Shown here: piece after piece, positions 1-8,687 of the stretch
How positions within the stretch are numbered: position 1 is the first letter of the stretch
Layout: every line of letters starts with the position of its first letter
NCBI GenBank assembly: GCA_964354405.1
Contig: CAYGZP010000001.1
Location: forward strand, 382,570 to 406,569
DNA length: 24,000 nucleotides
Reading direction: 5' to 3'
Origin: Candidatus Woesearchaeota archaeon
GTDB lineage: Archaea; Nanobdellota; Nanobdellia; Pacearchaeales; UBA284
The notes under the pieces: generated by a model
The model's input: only the letters and a program-made list of their open reading frames with translations
Told to the model about the DNA's origin: nothing
Database searches by the model: none
Position numbers and translations under genes: made by a program

Positions 1-3
1 AAA

Positions 4-717
4 ATGTTCAATAAAAAGATAAAATGCCGCTGCGGCAAGAAAGTTGATGTAAAGTATGATTTTTGTCCTTACTGCGGCGCTGATTTGAAAGCCAAACTTG
101 TAAGAGACAAGGCTCGCGACAAGGAAGTTGATGGAATGATAAAGCAAGTCGAAAGCGCTTTCAATGTTCCTTTCTTTATGAAATTCCCTTTTGAGAAATT
201 AGTGAAGCAAATGGTTAAGGAAGTAGATAAACAGTTTCATGAGTATGATGCAATGTTATCCCAGGAGCAGAATGAAGCTGAAAAAAATCCCAATGTCATA
301 GCTTCTGGAATAAGCATAAGTGTCAATACATCACCAGAAGGCGAGCCAGTAATAGAAGTCAAGCAATTTGGCCAAGGGCAAGAGGAAAAGCCCCAAATCT
401 CAAAAGTTGACGAGCCAAAACAATATAAGAAACTTCCAAGGCCAGTTTTCTCAGAAGCCGAAGTATCAAAACTCTCAAAATTGCCAAGGAAAGAGCCCGA
501 GACAAAAGTCCGAAGGCTCACTGACAAGATTATCTATGAAATCTCATTGCCAGGAGTTAAGCAAGAGAAAAACATAATCATCCACAAGTTGCAGAATAGC
601 ATCGAGATTAAGGCATTCGCGAAAGACAAGGCTTATTTCAAACTGATTCCTTTAGATTTGGCAATCAAAGACTACAGGCTCAGCAACGAGGTTCTGACTC
701 TTGAGCTCAAGCCTTAA
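4..717 (+). CDS. Hsp20/alpha-crystallin-like protein with N-terminal zinc ribbon
   Basis: N-terminal CRCGKKVDVKYDFCPYCG zinc-ribbon; C-terminal beta-rich region (YEISLPGVKQEKNIIIHKLQNSIEIKAF...) resembling the CS/Hsp20 fold. Confidence 0.6.
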   Translation: MFNKKIKCRCGKKVDVKYDFCPYCGADLKAKLVRDKARDKEVDGMIKQVESAFNVPFFMKFPFEKLVKQMVKEVDKQFHEYDAMLSQEQNEAEKNPNVIASGISISVNTSPEGEPVIEVKQFGQGQEEKPQISKVDEPKQYKKLPRPVFSEAEVSKLSKLPRKEPETKVRRLTDKIIYEISLPGVKQEKNIIIHKLQNSIEIKAFAKDKAYFKLIPLDLAIKDYRLSNEVLTLELKP

Positions 718-1028
718 TGGCCCAGTTTATGACAAGAATTCTTATATTTTTTCCAAAGTTCATTTTTCTTTAATAACTTTAGAGTTGGTGGATTGCTGTA
801 AGTAACTTGATAGACTTGTATGCTTTTAATAATGCCCTCTCTACTATAATATTTTGCAAGCCGATCTTCTAAACATTCGTGATTACATAATTCTATAGCT
901 GGTGCTGACTGGTGGTCTCTAAGAACTAAGTAAATTGAATAATTTTTTCTCAAGCCAATCTTGTTCTTATTAGGCATATCCTCCATCATATCCCCTATAA
1001 GTTCAGTGATATCTTCTACGATTTTCAT
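714..1028 (-). CDS. hypothetical protein, convergent with the upstream ORF
   Basis: 104-aa ORF overlapping the 3' end of the previous gene by 4 nt; no recognised family. Confidence 0.45.
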   Translation of the reverse strand: MKIVEDITELIGDMMEDMPNKNKIGLRKNYSIYLVLRDHQSAPAIELCNHECLEDRLAKYYSREGIIKSIQVYQVTYSNPPTLKLLKKNELWKKYKNSCHKLGH

Positions 1029-1107
1029 ACGTTTAATCAGTCCATTCGTCTTATATATTTTTCGTTGGCCCTAAGTCGAGGGCAAGCCATAAATTTTTAA
1101 ATAATAA

Positions 1108-2289
1108 TTGCCTCGAGTTTTTATGAAAAGAGGGCTGTTTGCATTAGTGTTATTGACATTCATTGTGTTCTTGTTATCTATCTTTTCTATCAATTTTGTA
1201 ATGGCCCAATATGGTGACACTCCGGGCTACAATCCTTATTCCAGTTCAAGCAGCTCTTTCTTTGGCTTGTCAATCTCGGATTTAATTTCAAACGAGTGGT
1301 TCAATGCAGCTGTGCTGTTTTTGCTTGTTTTCGCAGTGTGCTGGTTTGTACTGCTGAAAGTTTTCAGTGGCAGCAAGGGCGCTGCTATAATTGTTTCAGT
1401 AGTAATCGCATTGATGGGCTCGATGGGAACAATTTATTTTTATGGATTGATTCTGCCTAAACTCGCGACATGGCTTGTTGTTGCGATATTCGTGGCAATT
1501 GCTTTAATCTTGACATATCAATTAAGAAGAATAGGCATGGCAATATGGCTTGTCATGGCAGCTGTGGCGTTATTCTGGCTTTTATGGGCCAATAAGCAAT
1601 TATGCCCTCCATTAGGATTCCTGCCTCAAGAAGTCTGCGTCATTCTTGACACGATTGCATTCGCGTTGTTAATAATTATTTTTATAAGACTCTTGGCATG
1701 GCTCATCAAAAAAGTCACAGGAACTATCGGCATGACTAGAGGGGGTGGCGGCGGAGGTTACAAGCCCCCAAAACCTTCAAAAGCTCCTCCGGGAAGATTT
1801 AATTTAACAATAGGGGTTCAAGGAAACGGCACCACAAACCCCCGGCCTGGAAATCGTGTTTTAAAAGAAAGAGCTCGATTTGGTGTTAGGGCGATTTCAG
1901 GAACAAATTCAAAGCTTCATCATTGGGAGCTTGATGGAACTCATATGGGCGCATCAAATGTAATAAATGTCACAATGAATTCTGATCATACGTTAGTTGC
2001 GGTGTTCGAAGGAGTAAGACAAGCACAAGCTCAAGTTCAACAGCAACAGCAGCAACAACTTCAACAGCAAGTGATTCAAAAAAAGATAAGAACCGCCCGC
2101 GAGCTGCAACATGCATACAATGACTATAAATTCAAAATTTTCAATACAAGGTATAACCCTAGCAATAGAACGTGGATGTTAAATGCGATGAAAATAATAG
2201 CGCAGAAAGCACAACAAATGAACTACACAATAAAAGGCCCATCACCAAACGACATAGAAGCAAAACTCAGAAAAAATAAATTAATATAG
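1108..2289 (+). CDS. Multi-pass membrane protein with extracellular InlB-B-repeat-like domain and poly-Gln segment
   Basis: Multiple hydrophobic helices, then FNLTIGVQGNGTTNPRPGNRVLKERARFGVRAI...HHWELDG...VINVTMNSDHTLVAVFE (divergent InlB B-repeat-like pattern), then QQQQQQQLQQQ. Confidence 0.6.
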   Translation: MPRVFMKRGLFALVLLTFIVFLLSIFSINFVMAQYGDTPGYNPYSSSSSSFFGLSISDLISNEWFNAAVLFLLVFAVCWFVLLKVFSGSKGAAIIVSVVIALMGSMGTIYFYGLILPKLATWLVVAIFVAIALILTYQLRRIGMAIWLVMAAVALFWLLWANKQLCPPLGFLPQEVCVILDTIAFALLIIIFIRLLAWLIKKVTGTIGMTRGGGGGGYKPPKPSKAPPGRFNLTIGVQGNGTTNPRPGNRVLKERARFGVRAISGTNSKLHHWELDGTHMGASNVINVTMNSDHTLVAVFEGVRQAQAQVQQQQQQQLQQQVIQKKIRTARELQHAYNDYKFKIFNTRYNPSNRTWMLNAMKIIAQKAQQMNYTIKGPSPNDIEAKLRKNKLI

Positions 2290-2352
2290 TTCATCGACAA
2301 ATTTATAAATCTCAAACCACTGGTAATCAAATAAAAGAGGTAATCAAGAAAA

Positions 2353-2559
2353 ATGGTTTTTTACGGAAATCCAGCCAAAACATGGCTTTTGATATTGGGC
2401 TTAGTGATCTTAGTTGTAAGTGTTGTAGGCGGCTTAGTTAATCTAGGGATAACTTTTTGGGTTTTGTCTGCGTTGCCAGCCAATCCTGTAATTTACTTGG
2501 GAATAGACGCTTTGTTTGGGCTCATAATGTTAATCATCGGCCTTAATCCTACGATATAA
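2353..2559 (+). CDS. small two-helix membrane protein
   Basis: 68-aa ORF with two hydrophobic segments and in-line gene spacing. Confidence 0.5.
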   Translation: MVFYGNPAKTWLLILGLVILVVSVVGGLVNLGITFWVLSALPANPVIYLGIDALFGLIMLIIGLNPTI

Positions 2560-2589
2560 AATATAATAAAGTAAGATAACAGAAAATAT

Positions 2590-2823
2590 TTGAATAAAAT
2601 GAAACCGCGAGTAATGTTAATCATGTTCGGGATTTTTGTATCTTTGTTGAGTGCGATAGCGCTTATACAAGGCACAAGCATAACAGGCTTTGCAACAGTT
2701 TCAGATACACTGACAGACAAGTTGAACTTCCCGGTTTCAACAACTTTCTATCTCTTTGCCTTGCTGATTATCGGAATAATTGCAATAGTAGTTGGGATAA
2801 AACACAGAAAAGTTGTTTATTAG
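2590..2823 (+). CDS. small two-helix membrane protein
   Basis: 77-aa ORF, hydrophobic termini, basic C-terminal tail. Confidence 0.5.
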   Translation: MNKMKPRVMLIMFGIFVSLLSAIALIQGTSITGFATVSDTLTDKLNFPVSTTFYLFALLIIGIIAIVVGIKHRKVVY

Positions 2824-2893
2824 TGAGTGTTAAATCGTTTGTTATCTGAAAACCCCTTCTTCAAAAACCGCGCTTATCAAATTATCTTATCTC

Positions 2894-3952
2894 TCAAAAA
2901 TCGCCCAATCCTTTCTGGCTGGCTTTTTCTTTGTTCTCGTATATCTTCCCTAAAGCTGATGTAACTCGCTCCTCGCTGAAATCATGCTCATCACATAACA
3001 ACTTCTTGAGGGCTTTTTCATCTATTTTTTTGAATTCTATTTTGTAGTCACTTGTAACGTCGGGTTTTTTGAACAATTCAAAAATGTCTTGCCAGTCAAA
3101 ATCAGGATTATTAATCTTGCCCTCTTCTGCGAGCTTGCCTAAAGCACTAAATAACAGGGAAGGAGATCTATACTGTTGCACAAGTTGCAGAGCTTTCTTT
3201 GGCCCGATTCCTTTGACACCTCCGGGGTTAAAATCAGTTCCAACAAGAATCCCCAAACAAATGAGCTGCTCGTGATTTATCTGCAGTGAGTTGAGAACTT
3301 GCTCAAGCTCAATCATCTCAGGAACAATAGGAACAAATGCACCGCTCGCCAATTTTCTTTTTCTTGCTAAAGTCAAATTCTGGATAAGCCGGGAAGCTCC
3401 AAAAGCTAATGAATCATAATCCTGCGAGGCAACAGCATAAGCCTCCCCTTTCTTGACAATGTAAGAGCATTGAGCCTCGCCTTCGCTCGGAGCCTGCACA
3501 ACAGGCAGCCCCAGAGCTTCAACAAGTTTCTTGCTCTCCTCTATCATCTCCTCTGTCAAATGCAGCGCTTGCCTTGAATATTTGAACATATCCTCTTCGC
3601 TTCCTCGAGCTTTAGCTTTATCATACTTTTCCTTGGCTTCTTCCTTGTGCGCGATTCTTTCTGAGACAGTCTCGCCTTTCAAAGCATGAGGCTTGCCGTC
3701 AAAAACATAAATGAGTTTCAAACCCCGCGCCATCAAATTAGTGGTTCTATAAAACAATCCCGAGAGATGAGAAGTAACCCGTTTCTTGCTGTCCATTAAA
3801 GGGGTTCCGTCAGGCTGTCTTATGTTGGCAAGAAATTGATAAATGACATTAAAGGCGTCTACCGCCAGGATTTTGCCTTTCAAATCCTCAATCTTTATTT
3901 CTTTTTTAGGAACAATATCCCTTATCTGCAAACCCATAAAAATCCAAAGCAA
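2894..3952 (-). CDS. fen: Flap endonuclease 1 (FEN-1/XPG family)
   Basis: GKILAVDAFNVIYQFL, FDGKPHALK, PSEGEAQCSYIVKKGEAYAVASQDYDSLAFGA, GILVGTDFNPGGVKGIGPKKAL; C-terminal QKGLGDF resembles a PIP box. Confidence 0.95.
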   Translation of the reverse strand: MLWIFMGLQIRDIVPKKEIKIEDLKGKILAVDAFNVIYQFLANIRQPDGTPLMDSKKRVTSHLSGLFYRTTNLMARGLKLIYVFDGKPHALKGETVSERIAHKEEAKEKYDKAKARGSEEDMFKYSRQALHLTEEMIEESKKLVEALGLPVVQAPSEGEAQCSYIVKKGEAYAVASQDYDSLAFGASRLIQNLTLARKRKLASGAFVPIVPEMIELEQVLNSLQINHEQLICLGILVGTDFNPGGVKGIGPKKALQLVQQYRSPSLLFSALGKLAEEGKINNPDFDWQDIFELFKKPDVTSDYKIEFKKIDEKALKKLLCDEHDFSEERVTSALGKIYENKEKASQKGLGDF

Positions 3953-4049
3953 AGGAAACTTAAATAATTTGCCCCGAGCTTAATTGGGCTTAGCCAATCT
4001 TAATTAAACTTAACATTAGTTTTAAAAATTGCAAAGCTCTCAAATTACA

Positions 4050-6506
4050 ATGGAGATACAGTTCATTCCAATAGATTATGATTATTTTGATTGGCAGTCT
4101 CGCAACTATATCAAGATAATTGGCAGAGATGACAAGGGCAAGAGGGTTTGTATTGTTGACAGTCTCAATCCTTATTTGTGGGCTATTTTCAAGCAAGGGA
4201 CAAGTGAGAAAAAAATCAAGGAAATTCAGCAAAAGATAGAAAAAATAAAAATAGAAGCCATGAGCAGGACAACTATAGTAGAAAAAACCGAACTTCATGA
4301 CAAGAAGTTCTTGGGCAAGGATGTCAAAGCACTCAAAATATTCATAACAAACTACAAAGATGCTCACCCAGTCGCAGACAAGCTTGACTTTCCAGAAATC
4401 GAGGCTCGAAGAGAATATGATTTGAACATAATTACAAAATATATCATTGACAAGAAACTCGCACCTTTAGCATGGCACAAAATTTCAGGAGAAGCTTTAG
4501 AAAATAACGATTTCGGTGGCCTTGCGAACTCGTTAGATGTCGAGCTTTGCCTAAAAGCAGAGAAGATTGAAAAAATAGAGGATAAGGCCATTTCTCCAAG
4601 GATTCTTGCTTATGACATTGAAACAGATGAGTTCGAGATTGGCAGGGGCGAAATTTTAATGATATCGCTAGTTGGCAAGGATTTCAAAAAAGTTTTGGCA
4701 TGGAAACGAGTTGCGAAAGCTCCAGAGTTTGTCGAGTTCTGTAGAGATGAAGCTGAGATGCTTGAAAAATTTGTTGAATATGTTAAAGAGCAAAATGCTG
4801 ACATGTTAGTAGGTTATTTTAGTGATGGTTTTGACTTGCCTTATCTCCGGGCTAGAGCAGAAAGACATAAAGTCAAGCTTTCTCTTGGATTAGATAACTC
4901 GCAGCCAACTTTTGCTCGCGGGCGCATTACTTCAGCGAGAATATCTGGAATTGTCCATGTTGATTTGTTAAGATTCATTGAAACAGTCTATTCACAATAC
5001 ATGCAATCCGAAACCTTGGGCTTGGATGAGGTCGCCACAGAATTTCTTGGCGAGGGCAAGAAAAATTTCGAGCACAAACACTCAACTCGCATTAAAGAGC
5101 ATGAATGGAGGGATTATTTTGAATATAATCTTCAAGATTCTCTGCTCACATACAAACTCGCGGAGAAATTTTGGCCCGATATGCAGGAGTTCTGCAAGAT
5201 TATCCAAGAACCATTGTTTGAGATGACGAGAGACGGGATGTCGCAGCTTGTCGAAGGCTACATTTTACATCACCTTGATGAATATAATGAAATCGCTGAG
5301 AAAAGGCCATTACATGATGAAATTGAACAGAGAAGAATGCGCGAGAAATATGAAGGGGCGTTTGTTTTACAGCCCACCCCCGGACTTTATGAAAATGTTG
5401 GGATGTTTGATTTCACGAGCATGTATTCTTCCGTGATTGTTACATACAACCTTTCAAAATCAACGCTTCTTGCAGATAAAAGAGATGAAAAAGAAGTAAA
5501 TGAAGCAGATTTAGGAGACGAGGGCAAAGTTTACTTTTCAAAAAAGCCGGGGTTTTTTCCAACAATGTTAAGAGATATGGTTGATAAGAGAAAGAAATAC
5601 AAAGCAGAGTATAAAAAAGAGCCCTCTCCAGTAAAAAGAGCCCGAAGTAATGCTTACAAGCTTCTGGCTAATGCCTCATATGGTTATCAGGGATTCTTCG
5701 GAGCAAGATATCATTGTCGAGAAGCCGCAGCAGCAACAGCGGCCCTAGCCAGAAAATCAATTCTTACTACTATTGATAAAATAAAAGCCGCAGGCTATCA
5801 AGTTATATATTCTGACACAGATTCAATAGCTTTTCTTCTAGGAAAACACAAAAAATCAGAAACTCTTGAGTTTCTAAAGAAACTCAATTCCGAGTTGCCA
5901 GGAATCATGGAGATGGAGCTCGAAGACTATTACAAGAGGGGTATTTGGGTTACAAAGAGAACAGGAGAGTTCGGCGCAAAGAAAAAGTATGCGCTCATCA
6001 CAGAAGACGGCAAGTTGAAAATAAGAGGCTTTGAAACAGTTCGGAGAGACTGGTGTTCTCTGGCCCGCGAACTGCAGAATGAAGTATTGATCAGAATATT
6101 GAAAGAAGGAAATGAAAAATCAGCTCTCGAGTACACTAAAAAAATAATCAAAGAGCTGAAAGAAAGAAAAGTTGACAGAGAGGATATTATGATTAGAACC
6201 CAGCTCAAGAAGCCTATTTCAGAATACAAATCAATAACCCCACATGTCATCGCAGCAAAAAAGATGGAAGAAGCAAACATTCCTGTTGATGTAGGCATGC
6301 TAATCCAGTATTTTATAGCTGAAACTCGCGACACAAAAAAACTTGTCCGCGATAAAGTCAAGCTTCCAGATGAAAAGGGCGAATACAACCTCAAATATTA
6401 CTTGGAGCATCAGTTGATTCCTGCAGTCGAGAACATCTTTGAAGTCTTCGGAATAAAGAAAGACGATTTGTTAGGAAAAGGTCAGAAGAAATTATTGGAA
6501 TTTTGA
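4050..6506 (+). CDS. polB: Family B DNA polymerase
   Basis: Exo motifs (LAYDIETDEF, SDGFDLPYL, YNLQDSLLTYKL); polymerase motifs (DFTSMYSSVIV, NAYKLLANASYGYQG, YSDTDS). The track ORF begins at 4029; ATGGAGATACAG at 4050 is the likelier start. Confidence 0.93.
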   Translation: MEIQFIPIDYDYFDWQSRNYIKIIGRDDKGKRVCIVDSLNPYLWAIFKQGTSEKKIKEIQQKIEKIKIEAMSRTTIVEKTELHDKKFLGKDVKALKIFITNYKDAHPVADKLDFPEIEARREYDLNIITKYIIDKKLAPLAWHKISGEALENNDFGGLANSLDVELCLKAEKIEKIEDKAISPRILAYDIETDEFEIGRGEILMISLVGKDFKKVLAWKRVAKAPEFVEFCRDEAEMLEKFVEYVKEQNADMLVGYFSDGFDLPYLRARAERHKVKLSLGLDNSQPTFARGRITSARISGIVHVDLLRFIETVYSQYMQSETLGLDEVATEFLGEGKKNFEHKHSTRIKEHEWRDYFEYNLQDSLLTYKLAEKFWPDMQEFCKIIQEPLFEMTRDGMSQLVEGYILHHLDEYNEIAEKRPLHDEIEQRRMREKYEGAFVLQPTPGLYENVGMFDFTSMYSSVIVTYNLSKSTLLADKRDEKEVNEADLGDEGKVYFSKKPGFFPTMLRDMVDKRKKYKAEYKKEPSPVKRARSNAYKLLANASYGYQGFFGARYHCREAAAATAALARKSILTTIDKIKAAGYQVIYSDTDSIAFLLGKHKKSETLEFLKKLNSELPGIMEMELEDYYKRGIWVTKRTGEFGAKKKYALITEDGKLKIRGFETVRRDWCSLARELQNEVLIRILKEGNEKSALEYTKKIIKELKERKVDREDIMIRTQLKKPISEYKSITPHVIAAKKMEEANIPVDVGMLIQYFIAETRDTKKLVRDKVKLPDEKGEYNLKYYLEHQLIPAVENIFEVFGIKKDDLLGKGQKKLLEF

Positions 6507-6589
6507 TGACAGAATCATTCTATTTTGTTACTTCTCTCAAATAACAACGAAACCAAAAGATTTATAAATTCCCATTTCTTATAAAAAGC

Positions 6590-7345
6590 ATGACAGAACA
6601 AATCAAACTATTTGAAGGACATTATAACAAACAAATGCCCTTGCTAAGAGCAAAAGGCTTTAAACCCGCAACAGCAGAGGAAATACAAAAATTAAGGCTG
6701 GAAAGCAAACTTTCTTTTGATGTTTATTATGACACTGCAACAGGAATTTTCTATGCAGGAGATAATAAAGACAAATTCAAAATTATTCCTTATTCAAAAG
6801 ACTTAGCCAATGTAACTGATAAAACTGAGCTTTATAACGGCGGAATAAAGAAAACTCAAGAGGATTATGAAAAAGCAAAAGCTCAAGAATTCACAAGAAA
6901 AAACATGATTTTAAATGAAAGATTAACAGAAAAAGAAGTTTTAGAGCATTTAGGATGGCTTACTGCATTAAATAATAATAAAGAACTGCTTGAAAAAGTT
7001 GTTGAGCATGTCTTCAAAGAAGTTAGAAATAGATATGATGAAAGTAAGGCAATGGGCTTTTATTTAAGAGATGCTCAAAAAGTTCCGAATGAGCGCGCCC
7101 TTTACCTCGACAGGTTCGACGGCGGCTGGGCTGGTGCCAGCGGCAGCTACGGCCTCGACGACGATGCGCGTCTTGTTGGGGTATGTGAGAAAACTGGCGA
7201 AGCCAGTTCGCGCCCAGAAAAAGTTTTGCCTTATTCCCGAGAGGAACTAAAAAATTATGAAAAGATTATAAATGGGGTTGTTAAGGGCAAAATACCAAGT
7301 CAAGAACTTAAGCCTCTTTTAAAATTTATCAAAAAACTAAGGTAA
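6590..7345 (+). CDS. DGR target (variable) protein
   Basis: Contains a 93-nt segment near-identical to the downstream template repeat, differing only at template adenines; residues ERALYLDRFDGGWAGASGSYGLDDDARLVGV. Confidence 0.92.
   Translation: MTEQIKLFEGHYNKQMPLLRAKGFKPATAEEIQKLRLESKLSFDVYYDTATGIFYAGDNKDKFKIIPYSKDLANVTDKTELYNGGIKKTQEDYEKAKAQEFTRKNMILNERLTEKEVLEHLGWLTALNNNKELLEKVVEHVFKEVRNRYDESKAMGFYLRDAQKVPNERALYLDRFDGGWAGASGSYGLDDDARLVGVCEKTGEASSRPEKVLPYSREELKNYEKIINGVVKGKIPSQELKPLLKFIKKLR
7091..7183 (+). repeat. DGR variable repeat (VR)
   Basis: Aligns without gaps to 7544-7636 (offset 453). 74/93 identical, and all 19 differences are at TR adenines (18 A->G, 1 A->T). Confidence 0.93.
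7192..7208 (+). other. VR-proximal inverted repeat (candidate DGR target-site hairpin/cruciform)
   Basis: AACTGGC-GAA-GCCAGTT: 7-bp perfect inverted repeat, 3-nt loop, 8 nt after the VR end. Absent after the TR. Confidence 0.6.
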
Positions 7346-7386
7346 GTTTTTTAAATTATTCCTTTTTTATTTTAAAGCCCCAGTAA

Positions 7387-7414
7387 TTCTGTTAATCCAA
7401 AAGATTTAACAGAA
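7387..7414 (+). other. inverted repeat between target gene and TR
   Basis: TTCTGTTAA-TCCAAAAGAT-TTAACAGAA: 9-bp stem, 10-nt loop in the noncoding spacer; possibly part of the TR RNA or a 3'-end element. Confidence 0.35.
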
Positions 7415-7543
7415 AAGCTTGGACTACACGCCAATTAATAGAGCTTTTTGTTGTTAATAAAAAGTTATGAAATACAGCTGCAACCATGAGTAGCTTATGC
7501 GAAAATCGAAGCAGCAGTGAAGTTTAGTTAATTGACTATTAAA

Positions 7544-7636
7544 GCGCGCCCTTTACCTCAACAGGTTCGACAACAACAGGGCTGATGCCAACGACAACTA
7601 CAACCTCAACAACAATGCGCGTCTTGTTGAAATAGT
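7544..7636 (+). repeat. DGR template repeat (TR)
   Basis: Noncoding adenine-rich copy of the VR immediately upstream of the RT gene: AAGCGCGCCCTTTACCTCAACAGGTTCGACAACAACAGGGCTGATGCCAACGACAACTACAACCTCAACAACAATGCGCGTCTTGTTGAAATA. Confidence 0.93.
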
Positions 7637-7658
7637 CCTTGCTTCTCGGGGTTTTACC

Positions 7659-8678
7659 ATGAAAACTTATAAAAACCTTTATGAAAAGCTGTATTCTTTA
7701 GAAAATTTGATTCTTGCCTGGAAAAGTGCAAGAAAAAGAAAAACAAGAAAAGATTATGTTATTGAATTTGAAAAAGATCTTTTTAAAAATCTAATGGCTT
7801 TGCATTACGAATTGAAAAGCCAGACTTATAGCCCAAAGCCCCTAAAATCTTTTATAATAAGAGACCCTAAAACCCGCAGAATTTCAAAATCTGCTTTTCG
7901 TGATAGAATTGTTCACCATGCCTTATGCAATATCATTGAGCCAATATTATCTAAATCTTTCATATATGACAGCTATGCAAATAGAAAAAGGAAAGGAACA
8001 CACAAAGCAATACAAAGATTTGACTTGTTTAAGAGAAAAGTCTCAAGAAATAACACAAAAGCGTGTTTTGTATTAAAAGCAGACATAAAACATTATTTTC
8101 AGGAAGTCAGCCATAAAATTTTATTAAACATAATAGGCAGAAAAATAAAAGATGGAAAAGTTTTGTGGCTTATTAAAAAGATTTTAAACAACCATGAGAC
8201 AAGCAAATCTGACAAGGGCATGCCTTTAGGCAATCTGACATCTCAGTTCTTCGCAAATGTTTATTTAAATGAGCTTGATAATTTTGCTAAAAGAAATTTG
8301 GGGGTAAAATATTATATAAGATACGTTGACGATATTGCTATATTTTCAAATTCTGAGAAAGAATTAAAATGTATTTTAATAAAAATAGAATCCTTTTTGA
8401 AATCTGAACTTGATTTAAAAGTTCATGAAGACAAGTCCAGAATAAAATTAATACATTCTGGAATAAAAATGTTGGGCTATAGAATTTTCTACTACTATAA
8501 ATTATTAAGAAAGAGTAATTTAAGGAAATTCAAGAAGAATTTTACAGAAAAATTAAGTTTGTTAGAAAGTGGAATAATCTGTAAAGAAGAGTTGCTTTTA
8601 AGTTTGAACGGATGGTTTGGATATGCAAAATGGGCAGATACTTATAAGTTAAGAAAAGAAATAATCAATCAAATCTAA
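7659..8678 (+). CDS. Reverse transcriptase of a diversity-generating retroelement
   Basis: RT motifs SAFRDRIVHHALCNIIEPI, VLKADIKHYF, KGMPLGNLTSQFFANVYLNELDNF (DGR-like LGxxxSQ motif), YYIRYVDDIAIF, KSRIKLIHSGIKMLGYRI. Adjacent TR/VR pair. Confidence 0.95.
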   Translation: MKTYKNLYEKLYSLENLILAWKSARKRKTRKDYVIEFEKDLFKNLMALHYELKSQTYSPKPLKSFIIRDPKTRRISKSAFRDRIVHHALCNIIEPILSKSFIYDSYANRKRKGTHKAIQRFDLFKRKVSRNNTKACFVLKADIKHYFQEVSHKILLNIIGRKIKDGKVLWLIKKILNNHETSKSDKGMPLGNLTSQFFANVYLNELDNFAKRNLGVKYYIRYVDDIAIFSNSEKELKCILIKIESFLKSELDLKVHEDKSRIKLIHSGIKMLGYRIFYYYKLLRKSNLRKFKKNFTEKLSLLESGIICKEELLLSLNGWFGYAKWADTYKLRKEIINQI

Positions 8679-8687
8679 ATCTAATGC

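Noticed and set aside
4029-4049. Upstream start for DNA polymerase B
   Set aside because: The extra MQSSQIT lies in an A/T-rich leader; the ATG at 4050 starts the conserved protein. Not decisive without homologue alignment.
5930-6394. 154-aa minus-strand ORF inside polB
   Set aside because: Fully contained in the polymerase palm/thumb coding region; shadow ORF.
7084-7640. Simple tandem or direct repeat from gene duplication
   Set aside because: Random divergence would hit all bases, but all 19 mismatches are at adenines of one copy.
7659-8678. RT interpreted as a group II intron or retron reverse transcriptase
   Set aside because: No maturase/endonuclease domain or intron RNA domain V signature seen, and the adjacent adenine-specific TR/VR pair with the LGNLTSQ motif fits a DGR.
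8178-8680. RNase HII as a functional part of the DGR
   Set aside because: rnhB is a universal housekeeping gene and convergent with the RT; adjacency alone is not evidence.
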